Shown: positions 9,568-18,680 of the stretch, one piece after another | How positions within the stretch are numbered: the first letter of the stretch is position 1 | Layout: each line of letters opens with the position of its first letter | NCBI GenBank assembly: GCA_035534875.1 | Contig: DATLRB010000013.1 | Span: forward strand, 101,315-165,314 | Direction: 5' to 3' | Length of the DNA stretch: 64,000 nt | Source: Candidatus Saccharimonadales bacterium | GTDB lineage: Bacteria > Chloroflexota > Dormibacteria > Aeolococcales > Aeolococcaceae | The notes under the pieces: model-generated | Databases searched by the model: none | Seen by the model: the letters and a program-made list of their open reading frames with translations, nothing else | Told to the model about the DNA's origin: nothing | Made by a program: the position numbers and the translations under genes

Positions 9568-10728
9568 GCGACCCGGCAGCCCCAGCGCGAGCGGCAGCCC
9601 CAGCAGGCTGATGACCGCGAGCGCGCCGAGCGGAAGGTACGCGTTGCCCATCACCCCCTGGATCACAAGCACGAGCACAACGCCGCCGAGGTTGCCGGAC
9701 ATCAGCAGAAATCCCGCAGCAGCGCCCTCGCGCGCGATGCCGGCGTGAATCGCCGACCAGTCGAGGACAACCGGCAGGCACGCCATGATCGCGAAACCGG
9801 TGGCGAAGAGCCATATCCCGAGCCACGCGATGTCGTGGCGCACGTCGGTCGCGACAAACGCCAGGGCGCTGAACGCAAGGGCGACCACCAGCATCGAGCG
9901 CCGCACGTTGCGGGCGGCGACGATCGAGGGCAGCACCGCGGCGCCGGCGATGCCGCCCGCGGTGAGCACCGCGATGAGGTTGCCGGCCGCACCACCCTCG
10001 CCGAAATTCGCGAGCACCGGCTGCAACCAGGTCGCGACGGCGTTGTACACACCCATGCCGATGAAGATGAGGCCGGCGAGCAGCCACATGAACCGGTCTC
10101 TGACGAGCCAGCGCATGCTCAGACGGGTCGATGCGTCGTCGGGGTAGATCGCCGGGACCCGAAGAACGAGCAGCATCAGAGCCGCGCCGACGACCGACGG
10201 GACGGCTTCCACGACGACCACCAGTCCGAGCCCACCCGCGGAGAACAGCGGTGCCGCGATGAGCACCGATGCGAGGATGCCGACGAACAGCGCGACGCTG
10301 CCGATCGATATGGCGGTGGCGCGCTCCGGCTGCGGGAAATAGCGTGCCGCCACCTTGGTGATGCTGTTGAGCACGAACGGCTGGCCCGCCGCGATCACGA
10401 CCTGTCCGGCGAGCTGAACGCCAAACGAGGATGGCGCCAGGATGCGGATGACGGCGCCACCGCCCGTGAGCATCGCACCGACCCCGAGCGCGTGGGCGAA
10501 TCTCGCGTCGAGCCATCGGCCGACCGGCAGCGCGAGCACCACATAGATGAACGGAAAGATTGCCGCGAGGTCGCCGACGGTTCCGACATCGACGTGCAGC
10601 ACCCTGGCCGAATCGGTGTCGATCGCCGCGAAGGTGAGCCAGAGAAGTTGGGTGCACGCGGCGAGCAGCGCGTACACGGTCAGGATCGCCCAGCGCACGG
10701 CCGGAGCACGGACCGCAGTGGCGTTCAT
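9520..10728 (-). CDS. MFS transporter
   Basis: Polytopic membrane protein. ATG 10728 overlaps the stop of the upstream kinase gene (ATGA). The first ~85 aa of the track ORF are Arg-rich and overlap the kinase gene, so they are excluded. Confidence 0.85.
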   Translation of the reverse strand: MNATAVRAPAVRWAILTVYALLAACTQLLWLTFAAIDTDSARVLHVDVGTVGDLAAIFPFIYVVLALPVGRWLDARFAHALGVGAMLTGGGAVIRILAPSSFGVQLAGQVVIAAGQPFVLNSITKVAARYFPQPERATAISIGSVALFVGILASVLIAAPLFSAGGLGLVVVVEAVPSVVGAALMLLVLRVPAIYPDDASTRLSMRWLVRDRFMWLLAGLIFIGMGVYNAVATWLQPVLANFGEGGAAGNLIAVLTAGGIAGAAVLPSIVAARNVRRSMLVVALAFSALAFVATDVRHDIAWLGIWLFATGFAIMACLPVVLDWSAIHAGIAREGAAAGFLLMSGNLGGVVLVLVIQGVMGNAYLPLGALAVISLLGLPLALGLPGRSDVSGRAIATFDGER

Positions 10729-12287
10729 GCGTTCAGCCTCGCGTAGACCCCGTGGAGGCGGTGGTACAGGCGACGATATTCGGCGTAGATCGGCGCATAG
10801 ACCTCGCGCGCGTGCGCGTCTGGTTCGAAGGTGCCATCCACCCGGACCCGGGCGGCGGCTCCCGCGAGGTCGATGTTGCCGAGGCTCATCGACGCGAACA
10901 GCGCGGCGCCGCGAAGGTTCGCGTACATCGGCTCGGCGACCCGTTCGATGCGCCGATCGAGGACATCGGCATGTATCTGACACCACAGATCGGAGATCGC
11001 ACCACCGCCGAGGATCCGGAGCGTCGGCATGGGGCGCTTGACGAAGCGCTCAACTGAGTCGAGCAGCCATCGTGCGTTCAACGCCACTCCCTCCAGCACC
11101 GCGCGCGCCAGATGCGAGCGCTCGGTGGTCATCGAGATGTTCAGGAATGCCGCACGGAGCGTCCGATCATCGACCGGGCTGCGCTCCCCATTCAGCCATG
11201 GTGTGAAGAGCACGCCTCCCGAACCGACCGGCGCCGTCGATGCGAGCTCGGTGAGCGCCTCGTACCCGCCGTGGCCTGACGCATCGGTTACGCCGGTGGT
11301 ACCGATCGAATCGCGCAGCCACTGCAGGCACACCCCTGCGGTCTCGTGATTGTTGGCGACGAGGTATGACCCTGCGCGCAGCCCGGGAACCGACGCGATC
11401 TGATGAAAGACGTCTGTGCGCTTGAAGGGAACCGCGCAACCGATCCACGCACTCGTGCTGATGGTGACGTGGCCGGCGAACGGCGCGACGGCGCCGGAGC
11501 CGATGTACCCGGTGTGGAGGTCGGGGATCCCGGCGACAACGGGGATTCCCTCGGGGAGGCCGAGCTCGGCAGCGACGGCCGGCCGCAGGCCGCCGAGGAC
11601 GCTCCCCGTGGGGAGGAGCTCCGGCAACTTCGCCCGCTCGCGACCCGATCGCCGCACCAGGGTTGGCTCGTATCCAGTCTTCGTGCGTCGAGGACGGTTG
11701 TCCGTGAGCCACGAGAGGATCATCGACGCCTGGGTCGCCGCCCGCCTCCCGGTGAAGCGCATGCCGAGATAGTCCAGCGGCTCGAGGAGCGTCTCGATGC
11801 GGGCGTACAGCTCCGGCTCGCGGCTGGAGAGATGCAGGTGGTGCCCGAGCGGGTCGGCGCCGCCCGGTGACGGGGCGCCACCGGTGAGGCGCAGCCAGCG
11901 CACGAGGTTGCCCGGCGAGTAGCCGACGACGCTGATCACTCCGCCGAGACGCCGGGCAGCAAGGGCTCGACCACGCGTATCCGACCACAGCAGGCACGGT
12001 CCGACCGCATCGCCACCCACGCCGACCGGCACCGTCGACCCCCACTGACCGGTGATGCCGACGCCGACGGCGTCGCCGGCGACGGCGCCGTTGCCGAGGA
12101 CCTCGGCGACGCCCTCGCGTATCCCACTCCACCATGCGTCTGGATCCTGGACGGCGCCGCCGTCGTCGCTGAACCTGGTCGCCACAGGCCGGTGGGCCAC
12201 CGCGAGCAACTCGCCGGACAGGGTGACAGCGCCCGTCTTCGGCCCTCCCGTGCCGAGATCAACTGCGAGGATCCAGGGCTCGGCCAC
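10725..12287 (-). CDS. FGGY-family carbohydrate/polyol kinase
   Basis: N-terminal FGGY motif ILAVDLGTGGPKTGAV and C-terminal domain GGGAISDLWCQIHADVLDRRIE. GTG 12287 lies 4 nt after the stop of the upstream lyase-like gene. Confidence 0.85.
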   Translation of the reverse strand: MAEPWILAVDLGTGGPKTGAVTLSGELLAVAHRPVATRFSDDGGAVQDPDAWWSGIREGVAEVLGNGAVAGDAVGVGITGQWGSTVPVGVGGDAVGPCLLWSDTRGRALAARRLGGVISVVGYSPGNLVRWLRLTGGAPSPGGADPLGHHLHLSSREPELYARIETLLEPLDYLGMRFTGRRAATQASMILSWLTDNRPRRTKTGYEPTLVRRSGRERAKLPELLPTGSVLGGLRPAVAAELGLPEGIPVVAGIPDLHTGYIGSGAVAPFAGHVTISTSAWIGCAVPFKRTDVFHQIASVPGLRAGSYLVANNHETAGVCLQWLRDSIGTTGVTDASGHGGYEALTELASTAPVGSGGVLFTPWLNGERSPVDDRTLRAAFLNISMTTERSHLARAVLEGVALNARWLLDSVERFVKRPMPTLRILGGGAISDLWCQIHADVLDRRIERVAEPMYANLRGAALFASMSLGNIDLAGAAARVRVDGTFEPDAHAREVYAPIYAEYRRLYHRLHGVYARLNA

Positions 12288-12291
12288 GGTC

Positions 12292-13743
12292 TCAGGGGAC
12301 CACGTCGAACATCGCGTCGAGAGCCGCCGCAAACAGCATGTCGAGCGCCTCGTTGCCTTCGGGCGATCCCCCGAGCCCGTAGAGCGCGCCGCTGCGCGCT
12401 GGGCCGAGGTCGGGGGTCTTTGCATACTCGACCGCATCGCGCAGATCGGCGAGAAAGGCTCCGGCCACACCGTCTGCCGTATTCGGTCTGGTGACGCAGA
12501 AATGCAGCCCCGGCGGAAGCTGCAGGGCATTGAGGCGCCAGCCCTTGCTGATCAGGAAATCGTTGACGTGGTAGATATCGATGCCGCGCCCGCGAAAGGC
12601 GATGCTGAAGGTCGGATCGCCGAAGACCTCGAGCTCGGGAATCGCCGCGACGCCGGCCAGGATGGTCGCGGCGGTCTCGAAGATCCGCTCCGCAATCTCG
12701 AGGTACCCCTGCTCGCCGAGGCTGAGCATCGCCGCCCAGGCCGCGGCCACGACCCCGCCCGAACGGCTGCCGGAAAGCCCGGGCGACATGTAGATGCCGC
12801 CCGGCCAGTCGGGATAGCTGAAGTACTGGTAGTGGCGGAGCGTGCTGTTCCGATAGAGCAGCACCGAGGTTCCTTTGAGCGCGTACCCGAATTTATGCGT
12901 GTCCGCCGAGATCGAGGTGACCCCCGGAAGCCGGAAGTCGAAGGTCGGGATCGGATAGCCGAGACGTTCCGCCCACGGCAGGATGAAGCCTCCCATGCAT
13001 CCGTCGACGTGGAAGCCGAGGTCGTGCTCGAGCGCGAGCGCCGACATCTCCTCGATCGGGTCGATGAGGCCGTGTGGGTAGTTGCCGGCCGATCCCACGA
13101 TCGCCACGGTGTTCGCGGTCACGTGGTCGCGCATCCAGCCGACGTCGGCACGCCAGTCGTCGCGAAGCGGCGCTTGAATGAGGGTGATGCCAAGCATATG
13201 AGCGGCTTTCTGCAGCGCGACGTGCGCAGTGATCGGGACGATGACCTCGGGAGCGGTGATCCCCTTCTCGAGCCTGCCGCGCTCCCGGTAGACGAGCATC
13301 GGATCGATCAGGCTCTCGGTTCCGCCGAATGTGACGACGCCGCACACCTCCTCGCCGGGGTGATGCTCTGCGACAGCGCTGCCGTTCAGCAATGAGGCCG
13401 TCATCGCGACGATCTCGCCCTCGAGCTTGGTCGCACTCGGGTACATGTCCCGCTGCAGGACGTTCGCGTGGGCGAACAGCCCGTACGCGTCGGTGAGGAA
13501 GTGATAGTGGTCGTGGCCGCCGTGGTAGATCGAGCCGGAGACGCGACCGGCATTCCCCATCCGGTCCTCCTCCTCAGCCATGGCGCTGAGCTCGGCCAGG
13601 ATGCTCTCGCGGGAACGGGGCTCGGCCGGGATCCGATGGTGGGCCTCGAATCGGTCTCGATACGGGTGGAAGTCGATCAGTGCCGCGAAGTCCTGGGACT
13701 CGTCCGACTCATGCGATTCCCTGGACGCGTGGTGTTCCTCCAT
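12292..13743 (-). CDS. PLP-dependent group II decarboxylase-fold enzyme, sphingosine-1-phosphate-lyase-like
   Basis: GRVSGSIYHGG, NVLQRDMYPSATKLEGEIVAM and the PLP-lysine motif SISADTHKFGYALKGTSVLLYR match the S1P-lyase pattern. No N-terminal membrane anchor. Confidence 0.85.
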   Translation of the reverse strand: MEEHHASRESHESDESQDFAALIDFHPYRDRFEAHHRIPAEPRSRESILAELSAMAEEEDRMGNAGRVSGSIYHGGHDHYHFLTDAYGLFAHANVLQRDMYPSATKLEGEIVAMTASLLNGSAVAEHHPGEEVCGVVTFGGTESLIDPMLVYRERGRLEKGITAPEVIVPITAHVALQKAAHMLGITLIQAPLRDDWRADVGWMRDHVTANTVAIVGSAGNYPHGLIDPIEEMSALALEHDLGFHVDGCMGGFILPWAERLGYPIPTFDFRLPGVTSISADTHKFGYALKGTSVLLYRNSTLRHYQYFSYPDWPGGIYMSPGLSGSRSGGVVAAAWAAMLSLGEQGYLEIAERIFETAATILAGVAAIPELEVFGDPTFSIAFRGRGIDIYHVNDFLISKGWRLNALQLPPGLHFCVTRPNTADGVAGAFLADLRDAVEYAKTPDLGPARSGALYGLGGSPEGNEALDMLFAAALDAMFDVVP

Positions 13744-13811
13744 CGAGGCCGGATTGTCGTCGAAGCGCCGTGACGGGCGCAGCGGCGGCGGCGCGTCTAT
13801 GCTCGCCGGCG

Positions 13812-14831
13812 ATGGCTGATGACGTCGTCCTGGTCGAATCGGGGGGCCGAGAGATCACGATCACCAACCCCGCGAAGGTGTATTTCAACGAGCGCGGCGA
13901 GACCAAGCTCGATCTCGTCCGCTACTACCAGGCGGTCGAGGCACCGCTGCTCCGCGCCATGGGTGGGCGCCCGGTGCTCCTGCAGCGCTTCCCCAACGGG
14001 GCGAGCGGCCCGTCGTTCTTTCAGAAGCGCGTGCCGGATACGCGCCCCGACTGGCTGGAGACCACGATCGTCAGCACACCCAACGGAACCACGTCCCGAG
14101 CCCTGGTGGCCGCCGACCTCGCCCATGTGCTGTGGGCGGTGAACCTGGGATGCCTCGGGTTTCATGTCTGGCCGTCACGGGCCTCGGATCCGGAACATGC
14201 GGACGAGCTCCGGATCGACCTCGATCCGAGCCCCGGTGTCGTCTTCCCGATGGTGCAGGAAGCAGCACGCGAGGTTCGCGCGCTCTTCGACGAGCTCGGG
14301 GTGGCATGTCTCCCCAAGACGACGGGCAACCGAGGCATTCATGTGTACGTGCGGCTGCAGCCGCGCTGGACGTCCTACGAAGTTCGGTCGGCCGCGGTTG
14401 CCGTGGCGCGGGCGCTCGAGCGGCGCCGTCCGGATCTGATCACCTGCGCCTGGTGGAAGGAGGAACGTGGACGCCGTGTGTTCGTCGACTTCAACCAGAA
14501 CGCACCGCACAAGACGATCTTCGGCGCCTGGTCCGTCCGCGCCCGGCCCGGCGCACAGGTCTCGACGCCCTTCGCGTGGGATGAGCTCGACACGATCGCA
14601 CCTGACGCACTCACCATGGTGACCGTCCCGCCGCGCGTTGCTCGGAGCGGCGACCCGTGGCTGGCGATGTCGGCCGCGCCGCAGTCGCTCGAACCGGTGC
14701 TGGCGCTTCACAACCGGGATACCGCAGCGGGTCTGGTCGACGCGCCATGGCCGCCGCAGTACCCGAAGATGCCGGGAGAGCCATCGCGCGTGGCGCCGAG
14801 CCGGGCGCGGAAGCCAAATCCGCCCGCCTGA
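13812..14831 (+). CDS. Stand-alone LigD-type primase-polymerase (NHEJ polymerase domain)
   Basis: PolDom motifs ITNPAKVYF, LLQRFPNG, FFQKR, CLGFHVWP, DELRIDLDP, KTTGNRGIHVYVRL, VFVDFNQN. ATG 13812 (MADDVVLVESGG) preferred over the track start 13680. The ORF has no ligase or phosphoesterase domain. Confidence 0.85.
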   Translation: MADDVVLVESGGREITITNPAKVYFNERGETKLDLVRYYQAVEAPLLRAMGGRPVLLQRFPNGASGPSFFQKRVPDTRPDWLETTIVSTPNGTTSRALVAADLAHVLWAVNLGCLGFHVWPSRASDPEHADELRIDLDPSPGVVFPMVQEAAREVRALFDELGVACLPKTTGNRGIHVYVRLQPRWTSYEVRSAAVAVARALERRRPDLITCAWWKEERGRRVFVDFNQNAPHKTIFGAWSVRARPGAQVSTPFAWDELDTIAPDALTMVTVPPRVARSGDPWLAMSAAPQSLEPVLALHNRDTAAGLVDAPWPPQYPKMPGEPSRVAPSRARKPNPPA

Positions 14832-14942
14832 GGAATGCGCCGAGCGAACCATTCGAGTCGCGATGTACGCTCGACCGGTCTGCGGAGAGTCGACCCCGAG
14901 AGGAGGGTGCCGCCGGGGTTCCCCAAGGTGCCGTCGCGCCGC

Positions 14943-16160
14943 CTACTCCCGCGACCCCGTCCACGCCGAGCGGTGCCGCGGCTGGGCGAGAAAGGCGTCC
15001 CGCACCTTGTGGCGCAGGTCCCGGTCGAGAATGACGTCAGCGCCGATCCTGCCCAGCACCTCGGCCGCCTGCAGCATCGCGCTCTCCGCGCGCGGGGACA
15101 GTGCGGCCTCGCGAAAGGCGTGCGTGTGCGGCCCGATGCCCGCATCAGCGATCGCGAATTCCGGGTGCAGGGTGGGCGCCGCGTATGAGACGTCGCCGAC
15201 ATCCGTTGAGCCGGTCCGCTCCCACGGGACGACGCAATCCTCATCGAGTCCGACCGCGGCCAGATGGACGCTCGCGCGCTCGGCGAGGGGCTCGTTGGGA
15301 CGGAGGTCCAGGTAGGTCTCCTTCTCGTCGAGCTGCAGCTCGCAGCCGGTCGCGTGCGCGGCGCCCTCGAAGATCGCGCGGAAACGTGCGTTCATCGCGC
15401 GCAGGTACTCGCCATCACGCGCACGCGTCAGGTATTCGCCGCGCGTCAGCTCTGGGATGATGTTCGGAGCGGTACCGCCCTCGATGATGAACCCGTGCAC
15501 CCGCGCGTCGTCGCGAAGTTGCTGGCGCCACAGCGACACACCGTTGTACGCCTGAACAAAGGCGTCCAGCGCGTTGATGCCGTGATCGGGATGACCGGCC
15601 GCATGGGCAGCCTTGCCACGGAAGGTCCACTCCCAGTGCGTGCACGCGAGCGCGTACTGCCGCGACGCCGTCCGGTCGGAAGGGTGAAAGATCAGCACGG
15701 CGTCGAAGTCGTCGAAGAGCCCGTCGTGGCAGAGGGGAATCTTGCCGCCACCGCCCTCCTCGGCCGGCGCGCCAACGATGGTCACCCGAGCGTCAATGTG
15801 GCACTCGTTGAGCGAGCGCGCAAGCGCAATGCCGGCCCCAGCAGAGGACGTCGCGATCAGGTTGTGCCCGCAGGCGTGACCGAGACCTCGCAACGCGTCG
15901 TATTCGCACACGAATGCAACGTGCGGGCCCGCGGTGCCGTGCCTCGCCACAAAGGCCGTCGGCATCCCCGAGACACCACGTTCGACGCGAAATCCCTGCT
16001 GCTCGATGACGCGGCTGAGGAGGCGCGCCGACTCGACCTCCTCGAAGCCGATCTCGGCCAGCGCGTGGATGGAACGCGAGGTGGTGATCAACTCGTCGGC
16101 GCAGGCCGTGGTGGCGTCATGGATCGCCCGATGGATTTCGACGGGAACAGCTGTCGTCAT
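14943..16160 (-). CDS. M20-family amidohydrolase/peptidase
   Basis: M20 pattern: GHACGHN, EEGGGGK metal-ligand region, central dimerisation domain, C-terminal half ...GSTDVGDVSY. Family-level call only. Confidence 0.9.
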   Translation of the reverse strand: MTTAVPVEIHRAIHDATTACADELITTSRSIHALAEIGFEEVESARLLSRVIEQQGFRVERGVSGMPTAFVARHGTAGPHVAFVCEYDALRGLGHACGHNLIATSSAGAGIALARSLNECHIDARVTIVGAPAEEGGGGKIPLCHDGLFDDFDAVLIFHPSDRTASRQYALACTHWEWTFRGKAAHAAGHPDHGINALDAFVQAYNGVSLWRQQLRDDARVHGFIIEGGTAPNIIPELTRGEYLTRARDGEYLRAMNARFRAIFEGAAHATGCELQLDEKETYLDLRPNEPLAERASVHLAAVGLDEDCVVPWERTGSTDVGDVSYAAPTLHPEFAIADAGIGPHTHAFREAALSPRAESAMLQAAEVLGRIGADVILDRDLRHKVRDAFLAQPRHRSAWTGSRE

Positions 16161-16182
16161 GCGCTTCTCCTGGGCCGCTATT

Positions 16183-18549
16183 GTGCATAACGTGGAGAGT
16201 CCCGAGCGCCTCTACGTGGACGCGGAGGCGTCGTTCGCCGCGTGGGACGTGGTCAAGGATGTCGTCGACGAGTTCATCGACCTGGCGCTGAACTATCGCC
16301 AGAGCGGGCACCCGGGTGGTTCGCGCTCGAAAGTCCATCTGCTCCTCGCGACCATGCTGTCGGGGGCGATGCGCTGGGACATCCGCCGCCCGTGGCTCCC
16401 GTTCGGCGACCGGTTCGTCCTCTCGGCGGGGCACACCGTCCCGGTCGTGTACGCAACACTCGCCGCGCTCAACGAGACGCTCCGGCTGCGCGCGAGCCGC
16501 GACCCGAACCCGGCGTTCACCCTGCCCGAGAATGGGCGCTGGGCTCTTGCGCCCGAGGACCTGACGAGACTGCGGCATCGCGGCGGGCTTCCGGGACACC
16601 CGGAGATGGCGGGCAAGACCCTGTTCCTCAAGTTCAACACCGGTCCATCGGGTCATGGGATGCCTCCCGCCGCCGGCGAAGCGCTCGCACTCAAGCTCGC
16701 GGGAGCCGGGGAGGTGCGCGTCTTCGTCGTCGAGGGGGAGGGCGGCCTGACCGCGGGTGCGAGCCACGAGACTCGCAACGCGGCCTGGGGGCTCGGGCTG
16801 TCGAATCTCGTGTTCCTCGTCGACTGGAACGACTACGGCATCGATGACTTCGCCGCGTCGTCGGTGGTGCCGGGAACACCCTCGACGTGGTTCGGGTCGT
16901 ACGGATGGCGCGTGTCGGGGACCATGGATGGATCGGAATGGTCACCGGTCACCAAGGCCGTCCTCGAGGCTGCATGTGGCGAGAACCCCGACGGTGTGCC
17001 GTCCGTCGCATGGTTCCGGACTCGCAAGGGACGCGGATACGGCAAGTACGACAACAAGAGTCACGGCTCTCCGCATGCCATGAACAGCGATCAGTTCTGG
17101 GACCTGCGCCACGCGTTCATGGCGAAGTACGGCATGAGCTACGCCGGAGTGGACGAGCCGGCGCCCGCGGATCCCGTCGCCGTGCGCGAGCAGGCGGCGG
17201 AGAACCTGCGTCGTGCGGCGCGAGTGCTCGCAGACCATGCGGAGGTTGTCGATGCGGTTTCCGATCGCCTCGTCGAGCTGGCGGACCAGGTACCGGACCA
17301 GATCGACGGCCTCACCGTCGGCGGTCACGGCGCCGATGTCTTCGCGGATCCACGGCTGACGGATTTCCGCGCCTATCCGGCGGCGCTCTACCGGAAGCCG
17401 GGCGATAAGCAGGCCAATCGCTCCGCGTTCGGCGCGTGGAGCGCGTGGGTGAACGCCATGGCCAAACAGGACTATGGGCGCCCCCTGTTCATCGCCGCAT
17501 CGGCCGACCTCGCCGATTCGACGAACCTCTCGGGCTTCGCCAAGGACTTCGGCGACATGCGCGGGTCTGGCTGGTACGAGCGCGATACGAACCCGCGCGG
17601 TGCGCTGCTCCCCACCGAGATCACAGAGTTCACCAACGCGGGCATGATCGTCGGGCTCGCGACGGTGAACCTGTCGCACGAGCCGTTCACGTCCTTCAAC
17701 GGTTTCTGGGGTGCGTGCTCCACTTACGGCTCGTTCAGCTACCTCAAATACGGCGAGATGCGTCTGTTCAGCCAGCTCGCCCAGGACTGCGAGCTCAAGG
17801 TCGGCAAGGTCCTCTGGGTGGCCGGTCACTCCGGTCCGGAGACCGCCGAGGACTCGCGAACCCACTTCGGGATCTATGAGCCCGGGGTGACTCAGCTCTT
17901 CCCGGAGGGCAAGGTCATCGACCTGCACCCGTGGGAGTACAACGAGGTGCCCGTGGTGCTCGCCGCCGCCCTTGCCACCGAAGTTCCGATCGTCGCCCTC
18001 CACCTGACGCGACCGGCGATCGAGCTTCCGGATCGAGAAGCGCTCGGCATGCCGAGCCACTTCGAGGCGGCGCGCGGTGCCTACGTCCTCCGTCCGTTCC
18101 GCAACGACCTTCCCGCGATGGGGACGGTGTTCGTGCAGGGGACGACCACCACGGCGAACCTGGTCAAGACGCTCCCGGATCTCGACAATCTTGGCCTCAA
18201 CGTCAAGGTCGTCGCCGCGATCAGCCCGCAGCTGTTTCGGATGCAGCCGGCAGCGTATCGCGACGGCGTGATCGCCCCCGCCGACCGCCTTGATGCCATG
18301 GCGATCACCAACCGGACCGTCAGGCTGATGCGTGACTGGGTCGACGGGCCGCTTGGTGCCGAGTATTCGATGGGCGCGGACTGGGATGACCGCTGGCGCA
18401 CGGGCGGATCGGTCGACGAGGTCATGGACGAGGCGCACCTCACGACGTCGCACATTCTCGAGGGCGTTGGCCGGTTCGTCCGCGACCGCGAGAGCCGGCT
18501 CCAGCGCCTGCGAGCCCTGGTCGCCGCGGCCGATCGAACGTCGCCCTAG
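16183..18549 (+). CDS. Transketolase-family ThDP-dependent enzyme (divergent, ~790 aa)
   Basis: SGHPGGS, DRFVLSAGH and the ThDP/Mg motif region VVEGEGGLTAGASHETRNAAWGLGLSNLVFLVDWND, followed by Pyr and C-terminal transketolase-like domains. GTG 16183 or 16192 chosen as start, because the track start 15934 lies inside the divergent M20 gene. Confidence 0.8.
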   Translation: MHNVESPERLYVDAEASFAAWDVVKDVVDEFIDLALNYRQSGHPGGSRSKVHLLLATMLSGAMRWDIRRPWLPFGDRFVLSAGHTVPVVYATLAALNETLRLRASRDPNPAFTLPENGRWALAPEDLTRLRHRGGLPGHPEMAGKTLFLKFNTGPSGHGMPPAAGEALALKLAGAGEVRVFVVEGEGGLTAGASHETRNAAWGLGLSNLVFLVDWNDYGIDDFAASSVVPGTPSTWFGSYGWRVSGTMDGSEWSPVTKAVLEAACGENPDGVPSVAWFRTRKGRGYGKYDNKSHGSPHAMNSDQFWDLRHAFMAKYGMSYAGVDEPAPADPVAVREQAAENLRRAARVLADHAEVVDAVSDRLVELADQVPDQIDGLTVGGHGADVFADPRLTDFRAYPAALYRKPGDKQANRSAFGAWSAWVNAMAKQDYGRPLFIAASADLADSTNLSGFAKDFGDMRGSGWYERDTNPRGALLPTEITEFTNAGMIVGLATVNLSHEPFTSFNGFWGACSTYGSFSYLKYGEMRLFSQLAQDCELKVGKVLWVAGHSGPETAEDSRTHFGIYEPGVTQLFPEGKVIDLHPWEYNEVPVVLAAALATEVPIVALHLTRPAIELPDREALGMPSHFEAARGAYVLRPFRNDLPAMGTVFVQGTTTTANLVKTLPDLDNLGLNVKVVAAISPQLFRMQPAAYRDGVIAPADRLDAMAITNRTVRLMRDWVDGPLGAEYSMGADWDDRWRTGGSVDEVMDEAHLTTSHILEGVGRFVRDRESRLQRLRALVAAADRTSP

Positions 18550-18680
18550 GGAGCGGCTACACTGCGGCTCGATGCACATCGGCGTGCGGCACGATCGTAC
18601 GAGCGAAGCTCTGGCGACGCATGACGAGGCCCCGCCGGTGCGTGGCCGTGGAGAGGCGCCGGCCGTGGCAAGGACGAGCG

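Noticed and set aside
16942-18579. 545-aa ORF antisense to the transketolase-like gene. Similar long antisense ORFs occur at 48923..51079, 59013..60851, 28705..30162, 53926..55299, 33136..34953, 27153..28481, 12052..13395, 41395..42690 and 62626..63663.
   Set aside because: All are Arg/Gly/Pro/Asp-rich with no recognisable motifs. Each lies exactly opposite a gene with strong family signatures. They are the expected stop-codon-poor shadow frames of very GC-rich coding DNA.
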